From: Candidatus Latescibacterota bacterium
Lineage (GTDB): Bacteria; Latescibacterota; UBA2968; GCA-2709665
Direction: 5' to 3'
Assembly (NCBI GenBank): GCA_965226795.1
Contig: CBDDDZ010000005.1
Coordinates: forward strand, 320,001-384,000
Length of the DNA stretch: 64,000 nt
Part shown: positions 48,138-59,445 of the stretch, one piece after another
Position numbering within the stretch: position 1 is the first letter of the stretch
Layout of the letters: every line of letters starts with the position of its first letter
Program-made: the position numbers and the translations under genes
The notes under the pieces: model-generated
Databases searched by the model: none
Seen by the model: only the letters and a program-made list of their open reading frames with translations
Told to the model about the DNA's origin: nothing

Positions 48138-49831
48138 AAAGGTGCGCGCAAGGTCGGTGTTCCGGGATTCATGGCAATGGTATCGGGTCAATTGTCGCAA
48201 GCTTCATCGTCCTTCTGTCGGTTCTGGTTTCATGTGGCCGGGCGGTGGGGCGCGTCGTGATTAGCGAGGTTATGTTCGATCCCGCGGGCAGTGAGTTTTA
48301 CGACGAGTATATCGAGATACAGAATACCGGCCGCGAGCCGGTGGATCTGGCCGGATGGCGGGCGGGAGACGGCGACGAGGCAGACGCGCTGGCCTTCGAA
48401 AGCGGAGAGTCCGTGCTGCAACCGGGGGCTTTCGGGTTGATTCTGGATTCCGGGTATTTTACGCATTCGAACCATTACGATCCACTACCCGAGTCGGCGT
48501 TGATTCTCACTGTGGCGGACGCCACACTCGGGAACTCGGGCCTGAGTAATTCGAGGCCGGAGCGGATCGTGCTTGTTTCGTCTTTCGGCGATACCGTGGG
48601 CGTGATGGTCTACACGACGGGAAACAAACCCGGGTTTTCAGAGGAGAAAGTGGACCCCACAGCCGGCGACGGACCGGAGAACTGGGTGGATTCACGGTGG
48701 GAGGGAGGGACACCGGGTCGCGTCAACAGCGTGAGTCCGAAAGACAACGACCTGGCGCTGGCGAGGGTATCGGAATCGCCGTTTCCGGTTCCGGCAGGTG
48801 TCGCGCGGGATTTTATCCTGGAGGTGGTGAACCGGGGGCGGCGGCCGGCATCGGCGTTTTCCGTGAGGGTGGAGGGTATAGCCCGGTGGCATCGGGATTT
48901 CCCGGGCCTGGGGCCCGCGGATCTTCTCCGGGTTGAAACGCCAATTGGAAACGTGCCGCCCGGACAGTACGAGTATGCGGCTGCGATTGTGTTCAATGCC
49001 GATGAGGACACGTCCAACAACCGCGTGACCTGGACGGTGGTAGGCGGAGTTAGGCCCGGGGCGGTGGTCGTGAACGAAGTGATGGTTTCTCCAGCCGAGG
49101 GTGATCCGGAGTGGGTGGAACTCCACAACCGTTCGGAGCGGACGCTGGACGTGACCGGCTGGAGGATTCAGGACGCGAAGTCCGCAGGCGAGGTGTTCGG
49201 ACGTGAGCCTTTGCAACTGCAGCCGGACGCGTACCTGGTAGTGGCTGAGGACGTCGACGGGTTCTACAGCCGGTTTGGCGATCGGACCGTGCAGGTTGTT
49301 GCCCCCGAGCGGTGGTTTCGCTTGAACAACAGCGGAGACGTCGTGGTCGTACGCGATGCTACCGGTGCGATTGTGGATCGGATGGCATACGATCAGGCAG
49401 TTTTCGCAGGGAGGTCGCTCGAACGGATTGCAGGATCCGGATTGAGCGTTGACGATCGGAATTGGCTGTCAAGTACCCATGAGGACGGCGCGACGCCCGG
49501 ACGCGAAAACAGCGTGGCGCTGCAAAGCGGCATCGATGCCGTCCAAATCCTGGCAGAGCCCAATCCCTTTTACGATCGAGTGGAAATACGCTATCTTCTT
49601 CCCGCCCCTCGCGCGGATGTAAATCTGTGGGTGTACGACAGATCCGGCCATCAGGTAAAAACGCTCCTCAACGCCGCCGCCGGCGGCAGCCGACGGAGCG
49701 TGACGTGGGATGGGATGGATGAAAACGGAGCTCAGTTGAAGCCGGGCATTTACATCTTATTTTTGGAGACGTCGTTCAAAGGCCGTATCTTTAGGACCAA
49801 AGCCCCTGTTGTGCTGGCGAGAGGACTGTAG
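48134..49831 (+). CDS. Lamin-tail-domain protein with FlgD-Ig/CTD-like C-terminus
   Basis: Two VVI/VxEVM..EW/YxEL/IxN lamin-tail domains; PNPF..WDG..PGIY; ATGA overlap with the upstream gene. Confidence 0.8.
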   Translation: MKRCAQGRCSGIHGNGIGSIVASFIVLLSVLVSCGRAVGRVVISEVMFDPAGSEFYDEYIEIQNTGREPVDLAGWRAGDGDEADALAFESGESVLQPGAFGLILDSGYFTHSNHYDPLPESALILTVADATLGNSGLSNSRPERIVLVSSFGDTVGVMVYTTGNKPGFSEEKVDPTAGDGPENWVDSRWEGGTPGRVNSVSPKDNDLALARVSESPFPVPAGVARDFILEVVNRGRRPASAFSVRVEGIARWHRDFPGLGPADLLRVETPIGNVPPGQYEYAAAIVFNADEDTSNNRVTWTVVGGVRPGAVVVNEVMVSPAEGDPEWVELHNRSERTLDVTGWRIQDAKSAGEVFGREPLQLQPDAYLVVAEDVDGFYSRFGDRTVQVVAPERWFRLNNSGDVVVVRDATGAIVDRMAYDQAVFAGRSLERIAGSGLSVDDRNWLSSTHEDGATPGRENSVALQSGIDAVQILAEPNPFYDRVEIRYLLPAPRADVNLWVYDRSGHQVKTLLNAAAGGSRRSVTWDGMDENGAQLKPGIYILFLETSFKGRIFRTKAPVVLARGL

Positions 49832-49982
49832 TTTGTATTGCCGGCGAATCCCCTGCGCCGGAGTTTAAGAAGCTGTCATGAAATTTCCTGTGCGTTCCCG
49901 AGCGCGTGGAAGGGTGTCGGTTCAGGAGGGACCCGCGTATTCTGTCTCCCCTTGGATGTGCCAAGACAAGGGTGGCCCATTT

Positions 49983-52337
49983 ATGAGAAACGAACCGAAC
50001 GCAGTAAAGGAGGATCCGCAGCATGAATCTGATCTGGTGAATCAGGTCTGCGGTGTTTTGCTGGTCGCGGTTGCGCTGTTGATGTTGGTCAGCCTGGTTT
50101 CGCATTCACCACAGGATCCCCCGAATTCGAGTCGTGCACCGGAATTGACGGAGAATATGGCGGGGTGGATCGGCAGCCAGATCTCCTACTTTCTTCTGTT
50201 TGCCGTGGGCCACGGCTCTTTTGTACTCGCGGGCATCGTTCTGATGTGGGGATGGAATCGTTTCAGAAACCTTCCCGCCTTGCCTCTTGTCTCCCGCAGC
50301 CTGGCATTGCTGGCCATGGTGGTGGTTTATTGCGGCGCGACGTGCGTGCCTTCGCGAGGAGAAACCCATCTGTCGTTCCTGATGGGCGGGTGGCTGGGAA
50401 TTACCCTGGCGTCCCGGATCCTGGTACCCTATCTGGGCTTTGTCGGGTCGTATATTCTTTTGAGCGCCCTGTTTCTGGTGTTTCTCATGATTCTGACCCG
50501 CCTGCCTTTCTCCCGGATTCCGGATTTGCTGGCGGCCGGCGCTGGGCGAATTCAGACCGGGATGACCGGCTGGTCCGCACGTCGGCGTCTGGCGCGGCGG
50601 CAGAGGAAGGAGGGGCGTGAAACGGAACGTACGGAACCCAGCCTGCTGAACGATGCGGAAGAAGCCGCGAGTGATGCCGAATCCGAACCGCCTGTCGATC
50701 CCGATGTCGCCATCCCGGAGCCGTTTTCTTTGTACGAAGACGAGGCGGATGAGCCGGAGGAGGGACCTGCGGTTACGCTCGACCCGGACATCGTTGCCCA
50801 CCCCGCGGAAATTCCCAGGTCGACAGGACGGAAGCCGAAGGCGCAGCAGCGGCGAGGCGAAGACTTACAGTATCATTTGCCCGACCTGGAGTTGCTGAAT
50901 GAGCCCGCGCAAGAAGACGAGGGACCCGACCGGTCGTTACTGCTGGAAGGTGCGCAAACCCTCGAACACAGCCTCAGCAGTTTTGGCATCGAGGGCAAGG
51001 TGGTACAGGTGAATCCGGGTCCCGTGGTCACCGGATACGAGGTGCAGCCGCCCCGCGGGGTGAAGGTGAACCGCATTGTCAATCTTTCGGACGACCTCGC
51101 TCTGGCGATGAAGGCGCGGAGTATCCGGATTCAGGCGCCGATTCCCGGCAAAGCGGCAGTGGGCATAGAGGTGCCGAATGCGAATCCTTCAACCGTCTTC
51201 CTGCGGGAGATACTGGAATCCGATGCCTTTCAGGGCGCCGATGACAAGCTGATGCTGGCGCTGGGCAAGTCCGCCACCGGAGAATCCGTCTGCACGAACC
51301 TGGCTTCCATGCCACACCTGTTGATCGCCGGCGCTACGGGGAGCGGAAAATCGGTATGTATCAACGTGCTGATAACCAGCATTCTCGTGCGGTGCAGCCC
51401 AGAGGAGGTCCGTTTTATCATGGTGGATCCGAAGATGCTGGAACTGTCGATTTACAACAGGATTCCACATCTGCTGGCGCCAGTTGTCACTGAACCCCAG
51501 AAAGCGTCCGAAGCGTTGAGGTGGGCGGTGGGGGAGATGGAAGACCGTTATCGAAACCTGGCGCAGTATAGCGTGCGGAATATCACGGATTTCAACAACA
51601 AACTGGAGAAGATGCGGGCGGAGGCGGAGTCCGAAGAAGACCGGCAGGAAGTACCCCCGTTGTTGCCCTATATCGTGGTCGTGGTCGACGAACTCGCGGA
51701 TCTGATGATGACGGCACCCGCGGATATCGAGGATTCGCTGGCACGGTTGGCGCAGATGGCGCGAGCGGTGGGCATCCATTTGATCCTGGCGACACAGCGG
51801 CCGTCGGTAAATGTGATTACGGGCACGATCAAGGCGAACTTTCCGTCGCGCATCGCGTTTCGCGTCGCATCCAAGGTGGACTCGCGTACAATCCTGGATT
51901 GCAATGGCGCCGAAAAGCTTCTGGGCCGTGGCGATATGCTTTTCACGCCTGCGGGCAAACCGGAGCCCGTGCGTGTGCATGGCGCGAACATGACTACCGA
52001 AGAAACGGAACGCCTTGTGGAATGGGTGAGCGGCCAGGGCGTGGAGCTCGAGCAACTGGATCTGGGCGTAGACGAAAACGAATTGATGCTTTCCGAGGGC
52101 ACTCGCGACAAGCGGTTCGACGAGGCGCTTCGGCTGATCGTTACGCACCAGCAGGGTTCGGCATCACTGCTTCAGCGCCGCATGAAAGTGGGGTATGCCC
52201 GTGCCGCGCGTCTGGTGGATGAACTGGAGCAGGCTGGAATTGTCGGCCCGTCGGACGGGAGCAGTAAGGGTCGTGAGGTGCTTGTTGGCGTCGAGTATCT
52301 GGACCGGCACGAGGAGGATGAACTGGATGCGGTGTGA
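49983..52337 (+). CDS. ftsK: DNA translocase FtsK (start uncertain, ORF open from 49878)
   Basis: 4TM N-terminus, GATGSGKS, DELADLM, gamma domain GYARAAR. Confidence 0.96.
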   Translation: MRNEPNAVKEDPQHESDLVNQVCGVLLVAVALLMLVSLVSHSPQDPPNSSRAPELTENMAGWIGSQISYFLLFAVGHGSFVLAGIVLMWGWNRFRNLPALPLVSRSLALLAMVVVYCGATCVPSRGETHLSFLMGGWLGITLASRILVPYLGFVGSYILLSALFLVFLMILTRLPFSRIPDLLAAGAGRIQTGMTGWSARRRLARRQRKEGRETERTEPSLLNDAEEAASDAESEPPVDPDVAIPEPFSLYEDEADEPEEGPAVTLDPDIVAHPAEIPRSTGRKPKAQQRRGEDLQYHLPDLELLNEPAQEDEGPDRSLLLEGAQTLEHSLSSFGIEGKVVQVNPGPVVTGYEVQPPRGVKVNRIVNLSDDLALAMKARSIRIQAPIPGKAAVGIEVPNANPSTVFLREILESDAFQGADDKLMLALGKSATGESVCTNLASMPHLLIAGATGSGKSVCINVLITSILVRCSPEEVRFIMVDPKMLELSIYNRIPHLLAPVVTEPQKASEALRWAVGEMEDRYRNLAQYSVRNITDFNNKLEKMRAEAESEEDRQEVPPLLPYIVVVVDELADLMMTAPADIEDSLARLAQMARAVGIHLILATQRPSVNVITGTIKANFPSRIAFRVASKVDSRTILDCNGAEKLLGRGDMLFTPAGKPEPVRVHGANMTTEETERLVEWVSGQGVELEQLDLGVDENELMLSEGTRDKRFDEALRLIVTHQQGSASLLQRRMKVGYARAARLVDELEQAGIVGPSDGSSKGREVLVGVEYLDRHEEDELDAV

Positions 52338-52418
52338 ATTCCGGACAGCGAACGGTGAGGGGCGGGATACGGTGGGCGGGGGAACGCCCGGCGTCCCTTT
52401 GCCGGCGGGTTACACGAG

Positions 52419-53087
52419 GTGACTCGCATGAATGCCGGACGGCTTAAATTTCTTTTTTTCGTGGTCGCGATCCTGATTCCCGCAGATCTTTGGGCCATCG
52501 ACGGGCGAGAGGTGATTCGCCGGCAGCAGCAGCGATATGAAAAGCTCACGAGTATTTCCGCCCGGTTCACGAAATACCACTACTGGAAACTCGTGGATCA
52601 GAAGACGAAACTGAGTGGTAACCTGTACGTGCAGAAACCCAATCGATTTCGTTTTGAGACACGGGTCCAGACGGTGGTTTCGGATGGAGAAAGCGCCTGG
52701 AACTATACACCGGAGAATGAGCAGGTTTTGCTGAGCAGTTACGATCGGGCAAAGGGCGACCGGAGTTACGAAAAGCTGCTCTTCGACCTCATTCTGCTGG
52801 GTGGGTACGAAGATCGTTACGTACCCCGGCTTGCCGGAGAGGAACGCGTGGACGGCAGGCGCTGTTATCGCGTGGAATTGACGTCGCGGCAGGAAGAGAG
52901 CTATATCGCCCGGGTCAGGTTGTGGGTAGACAGGGAGCTCTGGCTGGTCCGCCGGGCGGAATATCTGAATTTGAACGAAGATGTAACCACGTACGATATT
53001 TCCCGTTTGAAGGTGGATGGGGAACTGAAGCCGGGGTTGTTTGCTTTCGTGCCGCCGGTGGGTGTCGAGGTGATTGATTTGAGGTGA
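52419..53087 (+). CDS. lolA: Outer-membrane lipoprotein carrier LolA
   Basis: KPNRFRFE..VVSDG..WNY; F.F.PP.GVEVID; located after ftsK. Confidence 0.85.
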   Translation: MTRMNAGRLKFLFFVVAILIPADLWAIDGREVIRRQQQRYEKLTSISARFTKYHYWKLVDQKTKLSGNLYVQKPNRFRFETRVQTVVSDGESAWNYTPENEQVLLSSYDRAKGDRSYEKLLFDLILLGGYEDRYVPRLAGEERVDGRRCYRVELTSRQEESYIARVRLWVDRELWLVRRAEYLNLNEDVTTYDISRLKVDGELKPGLFAFVPPVGVEVIDLR

Positions 53088-53204
53088 ATCGGAGGTCGTC
53101 AGGGGCGGACGAGGCGCCGGCCGGACCTGGACTACCGAAATGGCGCCGAACGGGCCGATCCCCCGATCCGGGGTTTAATTTATCACTGAAAGGAGTTGGC
53201 GTTT

Positions 53205-54321
53205 ATGGCTATCGATATGCAATGTGCCGATCTGAAATCCGGGCTGGCCGAATGCCGCGACCGGCTGGAAAACCTCCGGAGGTATCTTTGACCTGGAATC
53301 CCGGGAAGCCCAAATCGTCGAACTGGAAAGGTTGATGGAGCGTCCGGGATTCTGGGACGATCGGGAACGGGCCAGGCAGATCATCGATGAAGCGAATGGC
53401 CATAAGGATTGGGTAACCGGGTGGCAGGGCCTGGATGAGCGTCTCGCGGATCTGGATGAGTTTTACCATCTCGCCCGGGAAGAGGAGGACGAAGAGACGC
53501 TACGGGATCTCCAAAAGGAACACAGGTCGCTGGGAGGGGCGCTTGAAGAATTGGAGTTCCGGCATATGATGCGCGAGAAGGAGGATCGCCTGAACGCGAT
53601 CCTTACGATTCATCCCGGTGCGGGCGGAACGGAATCGGCCGACTGGGCGCAGATGCTGATGAGGATGTACAGCCGATGGGCCGAGCGCCGCGGCTTCCAG
53701 GCGGATGTGCTGGATCTGCTTCCGGGGGAGACGGCGGGTATCAAGAGCGTGGCCATCGAGATGAAGGGAGAGTACGCGTACGGTTACCTCAAGTCTGAAA
53801 TGGGCGTGCATCGATTGGTTCGGCTCTCGCCGTTCGATTCCGGCGGCAGGCGGCACACGTCGTTCGCATCGGTTTCGGTGTACCCCGAGGCGAAGGGCGA
53901 AATCGAGGTGGAAATCCAGCCGGAGGATATCCGCGTGGATACCTTTCGCTCCAGCGGGGCGGGCGGACAGCACGTGAACAAGACCGATTCGGCCGTACGG
54001 ATTACGCACTATCCGACGGGCATTGTGGTTCAGTGTCAGAACGAACGGTCGCAACATAAGAATCGAAATTCCGCAATGAAGATCCTTAAGGCCAGGCTGT
54101 ACCAGCACCACAAGGAAGAGGAAGAGAAAGCGCGCGCGAAGATCGAGAAGAACAAGAAAAAGATCGAATTCGGAAGTCAGGTCCGGAACTACGTATTCCA
54201 TCCCTATCAGCTCGTCAAAGACCTCCGGACCGAGTTCGAAACATCCGGTGTTCAGGACGTTATGGACGGGGGTCTGGACGGATTCATGCAGGCGTTTCTC
54301 GAACAGAAAGGAGAGGCGTAA
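53205..54321 (+). CDS. prfB: Peptide chain release factor 2 with programmed +1 frameshift
   Basis: AAAGGAG RBS, ATG 53205; CGGAGGTAT CTT TGA C at 53277-53292; SPF and GGQ motifs. Confidence 0.97.
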
Positions 54322-54338
54322 CCGCAGGGGCAAAGGGC

Positions 54339-54367
54339 TTGACTTCCCTATCTGTATTGATTATTAT
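54339..54367 (+). promoter_or_regulatory. Sigma70-like promoter upstream of lysS
   Basis: TTGACT-17 nt-TATTAT. Confidence 0.6.
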
Positions 54368-54442
54368 ATTTTCGACTGTCGTATCCGGCGGCTGGCAGCA
54401 AAAAATCAACCGGTTACTTTTTTTATGTCGGGAGGAATCCGT

Positions 54443-55987
54443 TTGGCTCAGGAAGGGGCGTCTTCCGCCCCGGAGGCGCAACTGGTTGCCCAGCGTTTGC
54501 AAAAGCTGGACTCGATTCGGGAGATGGGCGTGGAGCCCTATCCGTATCGGTTCGAAGTGACCCATCGCTCCGGGGAAGTCAGGGAGACGTTTCAGGCGCT
54601 CGAACAGGGTGGGCGGGACGTGTCGGTGGCGGGGCGTCTCATGGCCAGGAGGGACCATGGCAAGTCGGCCTTTGCCGAACTTCTGGACGAGATGGGCCGG
54701 ATTCAGATCTACGTAAGACGGGATGCGGTGGGCGAAAGGCAGTTCGATCTTTGGAAATTGCTCGATATAGGAGATTTTGTCGGGGTCGAGGGGCCCGTAT
54801 TTAGAACCCGTACGGGCGAGATGACCGTGAAGGCGCGCGGGTTGGAACTGCTTTCCAAGGCCGTGCGGCCGCTGCCGGTGCCCAAGGAAGAGGTGAAAGA
54901 CGGTCAGCGGATTGTCCACGATGCCTTCAGCGACCCTGAACTGCGATACCGTCGCCGTTACCTGGACCTGATGCTGAATCCCGATGTGAAGGACGTGTTT
55001 CGCAAGCGGACGGCGACCTTTTCCGCCATTCGCAATTTTTTTGACGCCCGCGGGTTCCTGGAGGCCGACACGCCGGTGCTGCAGCCGCTTTACGGCGGCG
55101 CTTCGGCGCGGCCCTTCACGACCCATCACCATGCGCTCGATATGAAGCTCTATCTGCGGATTTCGAACGAGCTTTATCTGAAGCGCCTGATCGTGGGCGG
55201 ATTTGAAAGGGTCTACGAATTCAGCCGGGATTTCCGAAACGAAGGAATCGACCGTACGCACAATCCCGAATTCACCATGCTGGAGGCCTACCAGGCGTAC
55301 GCCGATTATACCGATATGATGGAACTGACGGAGTCGCTGTTTGCTTCGGTCGCCGAATCGGTTACCGGTGCGACCACGGTGGTATATCAGGGGAAGGAGA
55401 TAGATCTTGGCCCACCCTGGCGGCGAATGACCCTCCTGGATGCCATCAAGGCTTACGGCAACTTCGACGTGTCCGACGCTTCGGAGGAAGAATTGAGGGA
55501 GATCTGCCGAGACCTGGAACTCGAAGTGGACTCCCGCGCACAGCGCGGCCATCTGTTGAATGAGATCTTTGAGGCGGTCGTTCAGCCTCACCTGATTCAA
55601 CCCACGTTCATTACGGATTACCCCGTGGAGATGTCGCCGCTGGCCAAGCGGCACCGGGAGCACCCGGAACTCACGGAACGTTTCGAGCCGTTTATCTGCG
55701 GTTGGGAGGCGGCCAACGCATTTTCCGAACTCAACGATCCGATCGACCAGCGGAAACGATTCGAACACCAGGCCGCGTTGCGGGAGAGCGGGGATGAAGA
55801 GGCGCAGGTCCTCGACGCCGATTTTCTTAGGGCAATGGAATATGGCATGCCGCCTACGGGAGGTATGGGGTTTGGCGTGGACCGGCTTGTAATGCTACTC
55901 ACCGATGCGCGCTCCATTCGGGACGTTATTCTATTTCCGCATATGCGGCCCGAAGAGGGCCGTTCGGAGATAAACGGCGATGCGTAG
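54443..55987 (+). CDS. lysS: Lysine-tRNA ligase (class II)
   Basis: GGAGG plus TTG start; FRNEGID..HNPEFTMLE; YGMPPTGG.G.G.DRL. Confidence 0.97.
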   Translation: MAQEGASSAPEAQLVAQRLQKLDSIREMGVEPYPYRFEVTHRSGEVRETFQALEQGGRDVSVAGRLMARRDHGKSAFAELLDEMGRIQIYVRRDAVGERQFDLWKLLDIGDFVGVEGPVFRTRTGEMTVKARGLELLSKAVRPLPVPKEEVKDGQRIVHDAFSDPELRYRRRYLDLMLNPDVKDVFRKRTATFSAIRNFFDARGFLEADTPVLQPLYGGASARPFTTHHHALDMKLYLRISNELYLKRLIVGGFERVYEFSRDFRNEGIDRTHNPEFTMLEAYQAYADYTDMMELTESLFASVAESVTGATTVVYQGKEIDLGPPWRRMTLLDAIKAYGNFDVSDASEEELREICRDLELEVDSRAQRGHLLNEIFEAVVQPHLIQPTFITDYPVEMSPLAKRHREHPELTERFEPFICGWEAANAFSELNDPIDQRKRFEHQAALRESGDEEAQVLDADFLRAMEYGMPPTGGMGFGVDRLVMLLTDARSIRDVILFPHMRPEEGRSEINGDA

Positions 55988-56669
55988 CCTGCTGGAGGCT
56001 GCGGATCTGGTTAAGCAGTACCGGGTCGGCCGTTCGGAAATACAGGTGCTGAAGGGAGTCGCCCTTTCCGTCGAGCAGGGTGAAGTGGTTGCGGTGGTTG
56101 GACCTTCCGGCGTCGGAAAAAGCACGCTGCTGCACATTCTGGGCGGGCTGGATCGCCCTACAAGTGGAACGGTTTGTGTAGAAGGCAAAGACGTCTTCGC
56201 GCTGTCGGACACGGAGCGGGCACGGTTCCGGAACGAGTCGGTAGGGTTTGTTTTTCAGTTTCACCATTTGTTGAACGATTTTACCGCTGAAGAAAACGTG
56301 ATGCTGCCCCTGATGATCCAGGGGCGGTCGGTGCCCGAATCTAAGACCGCGGCCGAGGATCTGCTGAATTCCGTGGGGCTCTTCAAACGCCGCCGTCATC
56401 TGCCCTCGGAGCTGTCCGGCGGAGAATCTCAGCGCGTGGCCGTGGCCAGGGCCCTTGTCGGGCGGCCCAGGCTGGTACTGGCGGACGAACCCTCCGGCAA
56501 TCTGGACGCGGAACACAGCCGGGAATTGCACGATCTGATCTGGAAACTGGCCGGCGGCCTCAAACAGACCTTTGTTATCGCCACACACGATCAGACGTTG
56601 GCCGCCAGGGCGGATCGGATCATTCGGATGGAAGACGGAAGAATCGTCCATGAAGGGCGTGGCGGTTAG
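55980..56669 (+). CDS. lolD: LolD-like ABC transporter ATPase
   Basis: GPSGVGKSTLLH, GFVFQFHHLL, LSGGE, LADEPSGNLD. Confidence 0.88.
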   Translation: MRSLLEAADLVKQYRVGRSEIQVLKGVALSVEQGEVVAVVGPSGVGKSTLLHILGGLDRPTSGTVCVEGKDVFALSDTERARFRNESVGFVFQFHHLLNDFTAEENVMLPLMIQGRSVPESKTAAEDLLNSVGLFKRRRHLPSELSGGESQRVAVARALVGRPRLVLADEPSGNLDAEHSRELHDLIWKLAGGLKQTFVIATHDQTLAARADRIIRMEDGRIVHEGRGG

Positions 56670-56761
56670 TTCCGGGCCCTGCGGACGATATGTAAAGCCC
56701 TTTCGGGCAGTGGAGAGATGGCCCACGGGTCATGGCAGAGGATTCTGAGGAGATAAATCCC

Positions 56762-59230
56762 ATGAATAGCAGGTTCTCGGATCGGGTGAAGCGCGTGATG
56801 CGGCTGGTCCGCGAAGAAGCAGCCCGGCTTGGCAATAATCATATAAGCAGCGAGCACCTCTTGCTCGGCATTATCCGGGAGGGTAAGGGTTCGGCCGTCA
56901 ACGTGATGTTGAATCTGGGATTGAACCTGGACAAGATCAAACAGTCGATCGACGACTATGTCGCATATTCCGGCGGGTCGATGACGATGGGCGACGTGCC
57001 CTTCACGCCAAGGGCAAAACAGATTCTCGAAATTGCGGCCACCGAAGCTAAAGAGATGAAGAGCCAATATGTTCGAACCTGTCATCTGCTGGTGGCTCTG
57101 GTGAAGGACAAAGAGACGATTGCCGCGCAGATTCTGGTGGGTTTTGGCGTCGACTATAAGACCGTGAAGGAGGAGGTGATTGCTGTTTTGCAGGGGAAAC
57201 CGACGGGTAAACGCGAGAAGAAGAAAAGCAAGACCCCTTATTTGGATCATTTTGGTCGCGACCTGACCGAACAGGCGCGTGAGGGTAAGCTGGATCCGGT
57301 CGTTGGCAGGGAGCGGGAGATTGAACGGGTATCTCAGGTGCTCAGCCGGCGCAAAAAGAACAACCCGGTACTGATCGGGGAACCCGGGGTGGGGAAAACG
57401 GCGATCGTCGAAGGACTTGCCCAGCGCATCGTGGAGCGCCGCGTGCCGCAGTTGCTGGCCGACAAACGCATGGTTACGCTGGATATGGGCGGCATGGTCG
57501 CGGGAACAAAATACCGTGGTCAGTTTGAAGAGCGCATCAAGGCGGTAATGAACGAACTCCAGCAGAGCCAGGACGTCATTATCTTTATCGACGAGTTACA
57601 TACCATCGTGGGGGCCGGAAGCGCCGAGGGCACGCTGGACGCCTCAAATATGTTCAAGCCGGCGTTTTCGAGAGGCGAACTTCAGTGCATCGGCGCCACG
57701 ACGCTGGACGAATACCGCAAATACATCGAAAAGGACGGTGCGCTGGAACGGCGTTTTCAGACCATTCTGGTCGATTCGCCGTCGGTGGACGACGCGATTG
57801 ATATCCTCAAAGGACTGAAGGAGAAATTCGAGGCCCACCATCTGGTAACCTATACCCAGAAGGCCGTTGAGAGCGCCGTCCGCATGGCCGACCGTTACAT
57901 CAGCGACCGGCACCTGCCGGACAAGGCGATCGACGTGATCGACGAGACAGGATCCCGCGTGCGTCTAGGCCGGTTGAATCCGCCTGAGGAAATAAAGACG
58001 CTTGAACTTGAAATCGAGGACGTTACACGGCAGAAGAATGCGGCTGCAAACAGCCAGCAGTTCGAAGAGGCCGCCAAACTCAGAGACCAGGAACGGAAGC
58101 TGAAGGAACAGGTCGATGAAATGCGTCAGGAATGGGAGCAGAAGGTTCGTGATGAAGTGGTGGAGGTGACCGAGCAGGATATCGCGGAAGTGATCGAAAG
58201 CATGACGGGTATTCCCGCGTTCCGGTTGGCGCAGGAGGAGTCAGAGAAGCTGCTCCGCATGGGAGAGAAAGTGAAGTGCCGTGTGGTTGGGCAGGAAGAA
58301 GCGGTAGACACGGTCTGCCGCTCCATTCGCCGCACGCGAGCGGGGCTGAAAGACCCGAATCGTCCCATCGGCACGTTTCTCTTTCTGGGACCGACGGGTG
58401 TGGGCAAAACCTATTTGGCACACGCGCTCTCCAGGTACCTGTTCGACGACGAGGAAGCGCTTATCACGGTAGATATGTCGGAGTATATGGAGAAATTTGC
58501 GGTCTCCCGGCTTATCGGCGCGCCGCCTGGATATGTCGGATACGACGAGGGCGGCCAACTGACCGAGAAGGTTCGCAGAAAGCCCTATTCGGTGGTTCTG
58601 CTCGACGAAATTGAAAAAGCCCATCCGGATGTGTTCAACCTGCTTTTGCAGGTCCTCGACGAGGGGCGTCTGACGGATAGCTTCGGCCGGAAAGTAAACT
58701 TCAAGAATACAATATTGATTATGACCTCCAATCTCGGAACGCGTGACATGGCGAAGGCCGGAGGGCTCGGATTCAAGCGGTCCGACAAAAAGAGCATTCG
58801 CGAAAAAATGAAGGAACGCGTGGAAGAAGAACTCAAAAAGACGTTCAATCCCGAGTTTCTGAACCGTCTGGACGAGATGGTGGTCTTCAATCCCCTCGAA
58901 CGGAAAGAGATTGTCCAGATCGTGGATCTCGAAATTGCTGAAATATTCGAGCGCGTCAAGGAGAGGGATATTTCGATCAGTCTCACACCGGGCGCCAAGG
59001 CGCTTCTGGCGGAAAAGGGGTACGACCCCACTTACGGCGCGCGTCAGCTGAAGCGCACCATACAGAAGCTGGTGGAAGATCCGATGGCGGAAGAGATACT
59101 TCAGGGCAAGTACACCGCCGGGAGTGAGGTGCGCGTAAGCAAGAAGGGTGACGGGCTCCATTTTGTGGACACCAACGCGGTTGCCGCCGCCGCCGATCAG
59201 GAAGTGGTGGATCGTGTTTCGGAGGAATGA
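56762..59230 (+). CDS. clpC: ATP-dependent Clp protease ATPase ClpC
   Basis: Clp-N repeats, [11 protein letters not shown] motif [17 protein letters not shown]. Confidence 0.95.
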   Translation: MNSRFSDRVKRVMRLVREEAARLGNNHISSEHLLLGIIREGKGSAVNVMLNLGLNLDKIKQSIDDYVAYSGGSMTMGDVPFTPRAKQILEIAATEAKEMKSQYVRTCHLLVALVKDKETIAAQILVGFGVDYKTVKEEVIAVLQGKPTGKREKKKSKTPYLDHFGRDLTEQAREGKLDPVVGREREIERVSQVLSRRKKNNPVLIGEPGVGKTAIVEGLAQRIVERRVPQLLADKRMVTLDMGGMVAGTKYRGQFEERIKAVMNELQQSQDVIIFIDELHTIVGAGSAEGTLDASNMFKPAFSRGELQCIGATTLDEYRKYIEKDGALERRFQTILVDSPSVDDAIDILKGLKEKFEAHHLVTYTQKAVESAVRMADRYISDRHLPDKAIDVIDETGSRVRLGRLNPPEEIKTLELEIEDVTRQKNAAANSQQFEEAAKLRDQERKLKEQVDEMRQEWEQKVRDEVVEVTEQDIAEVIESMTGIPAFRLAQEESEKLLRMGEKVKCRVVGQEEAVDTVCRSIRRTRAGLKDPNRPIGTFLFLGPTGVGKTYLAHALSRYLFDDEEALITVDMSEYMEKFAVSRLIGAPPGYVGYDEGGQLTEKVRRKPYSVVLLDEIEKAHPDVFNLLLQVLDEGRLTDSFGRKVNFKNTILIMTSNLGTRDMAKAGGLGFKRSDKKSIREKMKERVEEELKKTFNPEFLNRLDEMVVFNPLERKEIVQIVDLEIAEIFERVKERDISISLTPGAKALLAEKGYDPTYGARQLKRTIQKLVEDPMAEEILQGKYTAGSEVRVSKKGDGLHFVDTNAVAAAADQEVVDRVSEE

Positions 59231-59445
59231 AACGGCGCTTGGCGCGTGGGCGTGTATCAGTTTTTCCCGGGTTTCACCGCGATCATGACCAATTGGGTCC
59301 GGACGTACGGCCGGACCCAATTTCGCCGTACAGGCCCGGGAATATAGCAGGAACTTTTGTTGTGACGGAGCGTTTGTTCGATTGTGGCGGACTTGGGCCC
59401 GGGTTGAATATCCCTGAATGTCGCAGGCTGGCGTTTCGGAGGCGA

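Noticed and set aside
55958..56043. GGCCGTTCGGA(G/A)ATA repeated at the lysS end and lolD start as a lolE deletion scar
   Set aside because: Both copies are present and in coding sequence; too short to exclude chance.
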